Positions 25,861 to 32,681 of a stretch of DNA of 40,000 nt are shown one piece after another. The DNA is taken from contig NZ_CP031311.1 of the NCBI RefSeq assembly GCF_004799685.1, positions 2,371,355 through 2,411,354 on the forward strand, in the 5' to 3' direction. Numbering within the stretch: position 1 is the stretch's first letter; the number at the start of each line of letters is the position of its first letter. A program made the translations under genes and the position numbers. The stretch comes from Halobellus limi. GTDB taxonomy: Archaea; Halobacteriota; Halobacteria; Halobacteriales; Haloferacaceae. The notes under the pieces were generated by a model. It saw only the letters and a program-made list of their open reading frames with translations, searched no databases and was not told where the DNA came from.

Positions 25861-26322
25861 TCAGCCCCGCGTGACGACGAGCGTCGGTCGCCCGCCGTCG
25901 CGGACGAGCGCGACGTCGACCGCGTGCCGACCGGGCGCGGTGAAGACGACGGGTCCGTCGGGCGTGGAGACCGGGATCGGCAGCGAGACGCCGCGGAGAC
26001 GCGTCGGCGAGGTCCCGACCGCGTAGGCGACCACCGAGCGGTTTCCCGGCCCGCCCGGACGACCGCCGACCGCGACGAACGCCGGCCGCGCAGTCGTCAG
26101 CGACGCGTCCGGCGTCCGAAACGCCACGCGACGCGTCGCCGCGTACGCCCGCGTCGGCGTGGCGTCCTCGGAGGTCGCGAGGCTCCGGCCAGCGCGTTCG
26201 ATGCGGTCGATCGAACCCGCCAGGTCTGCGTCGGTCCGCGTCGCACGCGCGTCGTCGACGGCCGGGAGCGCGGCCGAGAGCGTCGCCACCGTCAGGACCG
26301 CGGCGACGACCAGCCTGATCAC
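25861..26322 (-). CDS. Uncharacterised N-terminally anchored/secreted protein (153 aa, GTG start)
   Basis: N-terminus MIRLVVAAVLTVATLSAALPAV. GTGA overlap with the upstream gene (26319-26322). Confidence 0.7.
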   Translation of the reverse strand: MIRLVVAAVLTVATLSAALPAVDDARATRTDADLAGSIDRIERAGRSLATSEDATPTRAYAATRRVAFRTPDASLTTARPAFVAVGGRPGGPGNRSVVAYAVGTSPTRLRGVSLPIPVSTPDGPVVFTAPGRHAVDVALVRDGGRPTLVVTRG

Positions 26323-27029
26323 CGGAACGCGTCGCGGAGTCGCGACGCGAGCGAGCCGTCGCTTCCGGGCGAGTCGGTCCGCGGTTCCGCCGCGTCGGCG
26401 TCTGGGCTGACACCGGTGACCCGGGAGGGATCGCGCTCGTCCCCGGAAGCGGCGTCGCCGCCGTTAGTGAGCGTGGAGCCGACGCCGTCACCGTGGGCGC
26501 GCCCGGAACCGACGCCCCCACGGTGGACGCTTTCGACCCCGACGCCGGGGCTGGGACGGTCGCGGGCGTCGGGAACGCGTCCGGACCGGGAATCGCCGTC
26601 GACGGCCTCTGGGGACGCGGGGTCGTCGGTGGTTGCGGCTGACTCCGTCGGTTCCGTCTCGGAGATCCGCTCGCGGACCAGTCCGCGCTCTCCCCCGTCG
26701 AGCCGCCGTTCGAGCGCCTCGACCTTCGCCAGCGCGATCGACGCGCGGCGTTCGATCGACTCGTCGACGGCGTCGATCCCGTCGAGGAGGCCGCGGACCG
26801 CATCGATCTCGGCCTCGACGGCCGTCAGCCGGCGGTCGAACGCGTCCAGCCGTTCTCCCGTGGCGTCAGAGTGGCCGTCGCTCGGAGCGGCCGCGTCCGT
26901 CGAGCCCTCGGCCGGTTCGTGTTCCACTGTCGCCGCAGGGTCGCGCTCGATCGTCCCCGAAGGGTCGTGCTCGGTCGTCGCCGCAGGATCGTGTTCCGTC
27001 GTCGCGACAGAGTCGTGCTCGGTCGTCAT
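26319..27029 (-). CDS. Coiled-coil protein with an N-terminal TTEHDPAA octapeptide repeat and a disordered acidic/Gly-rich C-terminus
   Basis: 236 aa. Five repeats (TTEHDSVA, TTEHDPAA, TTEHDPSG, TIERDPAA, TVEHEPAE). A heptad-like segment ERLDAFDRRLTAVEAEIDAVRGLLDGIDAVDESIERRASIALAKVEALERRL. A TATA box lies 22 nt upstream of the ATG. Confidence 0.75.
   Translation of the reverse strand: MTTEHDSVATTEHDPAATTEHDPSGTIERDPAATVEHEPAEGSTDAAAPSDGHSDATGERLDAFDRRLTAVEAEIDAVRGLLDGIDAVDESIERRASIALAKVEALERRLDGGERGLVRERISETEPTESAATTDDPASPEAVDGDSRSGRVPDARDRPSPGVGVESVHRGGVGSGRAHGDGVGSTLTNGGDAASGDERDPSRVTGVSPDADAAEPRTDSPGSDGSLASRLRDAFR
26915..27029. repeat. 24-bp in-frame tandem repeat, about 5 units
   Basis: Units at 26915-38, 26939-62, 26963-86 and 26987-27010, plus a partial unit at 27011-29 (g(g/a)tcgtg(c/t)tc(g/c)gtcgtcgc(c/g)(g/a)cag). 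Confidence 0.8.
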
Positions 27030-27059
27030 ACCGCCGGTGGTCCCGTCCCGGGATATAAA
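27030..27059 (-). promoter_or_regulatory. Leaderless promoter P3: TTTATATC-N6-CGGGACCA-N8-ATG. The same AT octamer may serve the divergent cetZ gene.
   Basis: Minus strand reads tttatatc ccggga cgggacca ccggcggt ATG. The TATA box is at 27052-27059. On the plus strand it reads GATATAAA, 45 nt before the cetZ ATG. Confidence 0.6.
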
Positions 27060-27104
27060 CGCTCGGCACCAACGTTCAAGGGCCGCTGCCGCGAGACGTT
27101 AGCT

Positions 27105-28190
27105 ATGAAGTCCGTCCTGATTGGCGTCGGCCAGGCCGGCGGGAAACTCGCCCGCGAACTGGTCGAGTACGACGAGCGGATGGGGTTCGGCGCCGTCCGC
27201 GGCGCGGTGGGCATCAACACCGCGAAGGCAGACCTCCGAGACCTCCCCTTCGAGACCGTCCTCGTCGGCCAGGATCGCGTGAAGGGCCAGGGAGTCGGCG
27301 GCGACAACGAACTGGGTGCGGAAGTGATGCAGGCCGACATCCAGGAGGTCCTCGCGTCGCTCGACGGCCGCGTGACCGCCGGGACCGAGTCGATATTCGT
27401 CGTCGCCGGCCTCGGCGGCGGCACCGGCAGCGGCGGCGCGCCGGTCCTCGCGAAGGAACTCAAGCGCATCTACGACGTTCCCGTCTACGGTCTCGGGATC
27501 CTCCCCGGCCGCGACGAGGGCGCGATGTACCAGGTGAACGCCGGCCGCTCGCTGAAGACCTTCGCCCGCGAGGCCGACTCGCTGCTTCTGGTCGACAACG
27601 ACGCCTTTCGATCGAGCGGCGAGAGCGTGACCGAGGGGTTCGACTCGATCAACCGAGAGATCGCGAAGCGGGTCGGTCTCTTGCTCGCCTCGGGCGAGTC
27701 CGTCGAGGGGGTCGCCGAGAGCGTCGTCGACTCCTCGGAGATCATCAACACCCTCCGAAACGGCGGGATCGCCGCGCTCGGGTACGCGTCCGCGGAGGCC
27801 GCGCCCGAAGCCGAGGACAACATCAACGCGGTGATGAGCACCGCCCGGCGTGCGTTGCTCACGGGATCGAGCCTCCCGGACGCGACCGACGCCGACGCGG
27901 CCCTCCTCGTCGTCGCCGGCGAGCAGGACGCCATTCCGCGGAAGGGCGTCGAGCGCGCCCGCCGCTGGGTGGAAGAGGAGACGGGGAGCCTGCAGGTCCG
28001 CGGCGGCGACTTCCCCCTTTCGAGCGGCCGCCTCGCGACGCTGATCCTCCTCGGCGGGGTCGAGCGCTCCGACAGGCTGGAGGCGTTTATGCAGCGTGCG
28101 AAGGACGCCGAGAAGGAGGACGAAACGACCCCCGAGCGGGCGTCTCCCGGAGAGCAGTGGACGAACGACGAACTCGACGACCTGTTGTAG
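27105..28190 (+). CDS. cetZ: CetZ-type tubulin/FtsZ-superfamily protein
   Basis: 361 aa from the ATG at 27105 (MKSVLIGVGQAGGKLA). Tubulin signature GLGGGTGSGGAPVLA. Overall CetZ-like layout with an acidic C-terminal tail. The upstream 78 codons of the track ORF are R-rich junk. Confidence 0.9.
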   Translation: MKSVLIGVGQAGGKLARELVEYDERMGFGAVRGAVGINTAKADLRDLPFETVLVGQDRVKGQGVGGDNELGAEVMQADIQEVLASLDGRVTAGTESIFVVAGLGGGTGSGGAPVLAKELKRIYDVPVYGLGILPGRDEGAMYQVNAGRSLKTFAREADSLLLVDNDAFRSSGESVTEGFDSINREIAKRVGLLLASGESVEGVAESVVDSSEIINTLRNGGIAALGYASAEAAPEAEDNINAVMSTARRALLTGSSLPDATDADAALLVVAGEQDAIPRKGVERARRWVEEETGSLQVRGGDFPLSSGRLATLILLGGVERSDRLEAFMQRAKDAEKEDETTPERASPGEQWTNDELDDLL

Positions 28191-28263
28191 GCGGTCGCTC
28201 GGGCGTTCGAGGGCCGGATGTGGGCGGGGGACGGATGTGGACGGGAAACGGTCTGCGGGACCG

Positions 28264-29610
28264 CTACTTACAGAGGCTCGCGCCGTCGAACTCCGCGCGG
28301 GCGTAGTCGACGTCCATCAGGTCCAGAATCGTCGGCGCGATGTCGTAGAGGTCGGCGTCCGTGATCTCGACGTCGGGGTCGTCGACGAACAGCGACGCGT
28401 TGTCGAAGCTGTGCATCCCGTTCCGGGGGCCTTTCCCGAAGACGTCTTCGTGGCCCTTGAAGCCGGACTTGAGGTCGAACCCGTGGTTGGGAACGACGAC
28501 GAGGTCCGGCGCGATGTCGTCGTGATCGCCGCGGAAGGCGTCCTCCTTCTCGACGACGCGCTCGGCGACCTTCCGCCCGTTCGGCCCTTCGAGGGTTTCC
28601 AGTTCGGCCTTGAGTTCCTCGCGCGTCTCCTCGTACTCGTCTCTCGGAACGCTCCCCCGCGGTTCGCGGCCCTCGAGGTTGATGTAGAACCGCCCCGGGA
28701 TGAGCGAGTACGCTCGCGTGTCGTCGGAGATGTCGCCGAGTTCCTCGTGGTCGTCGTCCTCGTAGGAGAGCCAGCCCTGCTCTTCGAGCCAGGCGTTGCA
28801 GTGGACCTCGTGGTCCAGCGACGTGAAGCCGTGGTCCGAGGCGACGACGAGCGTGACGTCGTCGGGCAGTGACTCGCGGATCTTCCCGACGTACTCGTCG
28901 ACCTTCTCGTAGAACTCGACGAAGGCCTCCCTGTTCTCGCCGTCGCGCTCGTAGTCCGCGAAGAGGAAGTGGTTCACGCGGTCGGTCGTCATGAAGACGC
29001 CGAAGAAGAGGTCCCAGTCGTCGCGTTCGAGGACGGACGAAAACGCCTCGTAGCGTCGGTCGAGCGTCTCGTGGGCGTTCTCGACGAAGTCCGACTTGTC
29101 GTCGTCGTGGCCGAGTTTGGCGTTGACGTCGATTCGGTAGTCCATCGAATCGAGTTCGTCGCGGAACTCCTCGGGGTGGGCGGCCTTCTTGACGCCCGGC
29201 GAGAGGAAGCCCGAGACCATCCGCTGGACGTTCCGCTGCGGCGGGAACGTCACCGGGACGTTCATCACGCTGGCCTGTCGGCCGTCGTCGGTCACGCGGT
29301 CCCACAGACGCGTCGCCTGCACGTCCCGACCCATCGGAACGTAGGTGTCGTAGGAGCCGTTCTCGCGGTCCTGGAAGCCGTAGACGCCCGTCTCGCCCGG
29401 GTTCACGCCGGTCGTCAGCGAGGGCCAGCAGGCGGAGGACTCCGGCGGGACGATGCTCTCGATCGCGCCGGCGGTGCCCTCCGCCCTCAGCGCGGCGAAG
29501 TTCGGAAAGGTGTCGGGGTTATCGGCGAGGAGACTGAAGGGTACGCCGTCGATACCGATGAAAGCGACGCGCGGATTATCGTCTCCGCGCAGCCGGTCGA
29601 ACAATCCCAT
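28264..29610 (-). CDS. Alkaline-phosphatase-superfamily protein (type I phosphodiesterase/nucleotide pyrophosphatase-like)
   Basis: 448 aa. N-terminal FIGIDGVPF metal-ligand motif, a C-terminal-half SDHGF motif and GMH. Typical of the AP/NPP superfamily. Confidence 0.75.
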   Translation of the reverse strand: MGLFDRLRGDDNPRVAFIGIDGVPFSLLADNPDTFPNFAALRAEGTAGAIESIVPPESSACWPSLTTGVNPGETGVYGFQDRENGSYDTYVPMGRDVQATRLWDRVTDDGRQASVMNVPVTFPPQRNVQRMVSGFLSPGVKKAAHPEEFRDELDSMDYRIDVNAKLGHDDDKSDFVENAHETLDRRYEAFSSVLERDDWDLFFGVFMTTDRVNHFLFADYERDGENREAFVEFYEKVDEYVGKIRESLPDDVTLVVASDHGFTSLDHEVHCNAWLEEQGWLSYEDDDHEELGDISDDTRAYSLIPGRFYINLEGREPRGSVPRDEYEETREELKAELETLEGPNGRKVAERVVEKEDAFRGDHDDIAPDLVVVPNHGFDLKSGFKGHEDVFGKGPRNGMHSFDNASLFVDDPDVEITDADLYDIAPTILDLMDVDYARAEFDGASLCK

Positions 29611-29805
29611 ACGGGTCGTATTCCGCCGTGAGTCATAAGAAGTTTCGTCTCTACGCGAACTGCTGCCGCCGTCTCCGACGAGAATCGTGATCGTGGGTCG
29701 CTAACACGGCACACGAACGGGGACGACCGACAGGTCCGATCCGGGCTGGTCGTCTCTCACGGCGAAGGAGCGAAGTAGACGCCGCCGTAAGGAGAGACAA
29801 GAGCC

Positions 29806-30258
29806 GTGAAGGAGTTCGAGCGAAAGCAACTGCTGGAGCGCGTCAATCGCGAGGGCGCGACGGTGGGCGCGGAGATCCCCGACGAGATCGACGTACAGGG
29901 CGAAGAGATCGCGCTCCGGGAGTTCGTCTTCGAGATCAAGCGCCGCGACACGGTCCCGAAAGGCGAGCGCGACCGCGTCGAGGAGGCGAAGAAGAACCTC
30001 CGCCGGGAGCGCTTACAACGCCTCCAGCGGATCGAGGAGGGAGAGATCCCCTACGAGGAGGGCGAGCGCCTCGCCGAGAGCATCGTCGGCATCGACCGCG
30101 CGCTGAACGCGCTCGAACAACTGCGACCGGTCGATATCGAACAGGAGGCCGAGGTGCAGGAGACCGCCGACCGGAAGCGCTGGATGCGCTTCCTGAAACA
30201 GGCCCTCGGCCACAGGGACGGGAGTAACACGAGCGGTCGCGGAGGGGGGCGGCCGTGA
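29806..30258 (+). CDS. Small highly charged helical protein (150 aa, GTG start) translationally coupled to polX
   Basis: K/R/E-rich helical sequence with coding-like codon usage. Its TGA overlaps the polX GTG (GTGA at 30255-30258). I believe it belongs to a haloarchaeal DUF family often seen beside polX (from memory, unverified). Confidence 0.7.
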   Translation: MKEFERKQLLERVNREGATVGAEIPDEIDVQGEEIALREFVFEIKRRDTVPKGERDRVEEAKKNLRRERLQRLQRIEEGEIPYEEGERLAESIVGIDRALNALEQLRPVDIEQEAEVQETADRKRWMRFLKQALGHRDGSNTSGRGGGRP

Positions 30259-32009
30259 CCAGGAACGCCGAGGTGGCGCGCCGCCTCGAAGCGTTCGCCG
30301 ACCTCCTGGAGGCCGACGGCGTCGAGTACAAGCCGAACGTCTACCGGCGCGCCGCCGAGAACATCCGCGAGTACCCCGAACCGATCGAGGACCTGGCCGC
30401 CGAGGGGGAGTCGGCGGTGGAGGAGATCGACGGCGTCGGCGACGCCATCTCATCGAAGGTCGTCGAGTACATCGAGACGGGCGAGATCGAGGAACTGACC
30501 GAGCTGCGCGAGAAGCTTCCGGTCGACATCGAGGCGCTCACCCGCGTCGAGGGCGTCGGGCCGAAGACCGTCGGGGCGCTCTACGACGCGCTCGGCATCA
30601 CGACGCTCGACGAACTCGCCGAGGCGGCCGAGGCGGGGGAGATCCGGGAGGTGAAGGGGTTCGGCGCGAAGACCGAGCAGAACATCCGCGAGAACATCGC
30701 CTTCGCCAGGCACGCGACGGAACGGGAGCGGCTCGGCGACGCCCGTCCCCTCGCCGACGACGTCCTCGAACACCTTCGGGAACAAGAGGCCGTCGCGCAG
30801 GCCGAGGTGGCGGGATCGATCCGTCGGTGGCGCGACACCATCGGCGACGTCGACGTCCTCGTCGCCTCGGAGTCGGGCGAGCGCGTCGTCGACGCCTTCG
30901 TCGAGTGGCCGGCCGCGAGCGACGTCATCGAGGCTGGCGAGCACAAGGCGAGCGTCCGCGTGGAAAAGGTCCGGGTCGACCTCCGGGTCGTCGCCCCCGG
31001 GGAGTTCGGCGCGGCGCTGCAGTACTTCACCGGCAGCAAGGACCACAACGTCGAACTCCGGAACCTCGCGATCGACCGCGGCCTGAAGATGAACGAGTAC
31101 GGCGTCTTCGACGTCTCCGGGGTCGACGACCCCGACGCGGGCCAGCGCGTCGGCGAACGCGTCGCCGGGGAGACGGAGGAATCGATGTACGCCGCGCTCG
31201 ACCTGCCGCTCGTCCCGCCGGAGATCAGGGAGGGGACCGGCGAGGTCGACGCCGCGCGCGAGGGCGCCCTCCCCGACCTCGTCGAGGCGGACGAGATCCG
31301 CGGCGACCTCCACACGCACACCGACTGGTCGGACGGCCGCGCGACGCTCTCGGAGATGGTCGCGGCCGCCGCCGAGCGCGGCTACGACTACTACGCGGTG
31401 ACGGACCACGCGACCGGTCCCGGGATGGTCGGCGGCGTCGGGCTCTCGGAGTCGGACCTCCGCGAGCAGATCGAGGCGGTCGAAGACGAGAAAGAGGCGT
31501 TCGGCGACGACCTGACGCTCTTACACGGCGTCGAGACGAACGTCGACGCCGACGGCGGCCTCTCGACCGACGACGACCTGCTCGCCGACCTGGATCTCGT
31601 CGTCGCGTCGCCGCACGCCGCGCTCGGGCAGGACCGCGAGACGGCGACCGATCGGCTCGTCCGCGCCGTCGAACATCCGAGCGTCGACGTCCTGGGCCAT
31701 CCGACGGGACGGCTCATCAACGAGCGCGAGGGGCTGGACCTCGACGTGGCCCGGATCGCCGAGGCGGCCGCCGCGGCCGGGACGGCGCTGGAGATCAACG
31801 CCGACCCCGCGCGGCTGGACCTCCGCGGGGAACTCGCCCGCGTCGCCGTCGAGGCGGGCGCGACCATCGCCGTCGACACCGACGCGCACGCGCCAGGCGC
31901 GCTCGACGTCATCAGATACGGCGTTCACACGGCCCGCCGGGGGTGGTGCGAGCGCGCGGACGTGCTGAACGCCCGCGACGTCGACGACCTGCTGGCGTTC
32001 CTGCACTGA
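30255..32009 (+). CDS. polX: Family-X DNA polymerase with a C-terminal PHP phosphoesterase domain (PolX)
   Basis: HhH motifs (IDGVGDAISSKV, VEGVGPKTVGAL, VKGFGAKTEQ). Nucleotidyltransferase GSIRRWRDTIGDVDVLV. PHP motif GDLHTHTDWSDG with later His/Asp motifs. Confidence 0.92.
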   Translation: MTRNAEVARRLEAFADLLEADGVEYKPNVYRRAAENIREYPEPIEDLAAEGESAVEEIDGVGDAISSKVVEYIETGEIEELTELREKLPVDIEALTRVEGVGPKTVGALYDALGITTLDELAEAAEAGEIREVKGFGAKTEQNIRENIAFARHATERERLGDARPLADDVLEHLREQEAVAQAEVAGSIRRWRDTIGDVDVLVASESGERVVDAFVEWPAASDVIEAGEHKASVRVEKVRVDLRVVAPGEFGAALQYFTGSKDHNVELRNLAIDRGLKMNEYGVFDVSGVDDPDAGQRVGERVAGETEESMYAALDLPLVPPEIREGTGEVDAAREGALPDLVEADEIRGDLHTHTDWSDGRATLSEMVAAAAERGYDYYAVTDHATGPGMVGGVGLSESDLREQIEAVEDEKEAFGDDLTLLHGVETNVDADGGLSTDDDLLADLDLVVASPHAALGQDRETATDRLVRAVEHPSVDVLGHPTGRLINEREGLDLDVARIAEAAAAAGTALEINADPARLDLRGELARVAVEAGATIAVDTDAHAPGALDVIRYGVHTARRGWCERADVLNARDVDDLLAFLH

Positions 32010-32022
32010 GAGACGCCGGAGG

Positions 32023-32118
32023 GAGTACTCCGCAGATAATAATTACTCTCGTCTCGTACCGCCGAGCGCCGTAAACGGGGGTATCGGCGGTAAAAAGTGA
32101 GAGCAATCACGGTGAGAC
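32023..32118 (+). repeat. Intergenic repeat family, copy R2 (long imperfect hairpin) between polX and the Mut7-C gene
   Basis: Perfect 9-bp stem taccgccga (32057-65) / tcggcggta (32084-92). Outer stem ctctc (32046-50) / gagag (32099-103). It shares blocks with R1, and a 27/30-nt match (inverted) with R3. Confidence 0.7.
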
Positions 32119-32119
32119 G

Positions 32120-32596
32120 ATGTCCGAACGACTCCTCCTCGACGCGATGCTCGGCAAACTGGCGACGTACCTGCGGATGTGCGGCTACGACGCCGCGTAC
32201 GTGCTCGACCGGGACGTCGCCGAAGGATCTGAGGCGGACCCCTCCGACGACGCCATCGCCGCCTGGGCGGAGCGGTCGGACCGGACGCTGCTCACGCGTG
32301 ACGTCGACCTCGCGGCCCGCGTCGACGACGCCGTCCTCCTGTCGTCGCGCGACGTCCGCGAACAGCTGCGGACGCTTCACTCGGCGGGCTACGAACTCTC
32401 GCTCGAAGACCTGCCGAGTCGGTGCGGCGCGTGCAACGGCGACCTCCGCCCCGTCGACGCCGAGGAGTCGCTGCCGTCGTACGCGCCCGACCCCGCCGGG
32501 ACTGCCTGCTGGCGGTGTCGGGAGTGCGGGCAGGTCTTCTGGAAGGGGAGCCACTGGGACGACGTCGCCGCGACGCTCGCGGACGTCACGGGGTAA
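32120..32596 (+). CDS. Mut7-C RNase domain protein (PIN-like domain plus C-terminal zinc ribbon)
   Basis: N-terminus LLDAMLGKLATYLRMCGYDA, typical of Mut7-C/DUF82. C-terminal CGACNG...CWRCRECG Zn-ribbon. Confidence 0.85.
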   Translation: MSERLLLDAMLGKLATYLRMCGYDAAYVLDRDVAEGSEADPSDDAIAAWAERSDRTLLTRDVDLAARVDDAVLLSSRDVREQLRTLHSAGYELSLEDLPSRCGACNGDLRPVDAEESLPSYAPDPAGTACWRCRECGQVFWKGSHWDDVAATLADVTG

Positions 32597-32669
32597 ACAA
32601 AAAGGCGGGAGAGCGGACAGCGAAGAGGGAAAAGAGAGAGAGACAACAGCGAAGACGGGGCGAGACGCG
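32595..32669 (+). other. 75-nt T-free, 84% purine tract with an (AG)n core between convergent genes
   Basis: There is no T on the plus strand from 32595 to 32669 (12 C, 63 A/G). It includes agagagagagaga near 32632-32644. On the minus strand it gives T5 (32599-32603) and T4 (32630-32633) runs that could terminate the 32682..33686 gene. Confidence 0.8.
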
Positions 32670-32681
32670 TTCGCGATCGGG

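Noticed and set aside
18149-26026. Very long plus-strand ORFs (641, 850 and 1015 aa, etc.) opposite the filament-like block.
   Set aside because: Their composition is dominated by R, G, P and A with poly-R runs. This is typical of antisense or out-of-frame reading of GC-rich genes. The minus-strand frames have TM helices, Walker motifs and acidic composition.
23546-26803. The 1085-aa track ORF suggests a giant ATPase gene.
   Set aside because: The upstream ~350 codons are R/P/G/S-rich junk that overlaps two better-supported genes in other frames (25861-26322 and 26319-27029). A TATA box lies exactly 22 nt upstream of the internal ATG at 25756, and the same promoter design occurs at two other genes in the block.
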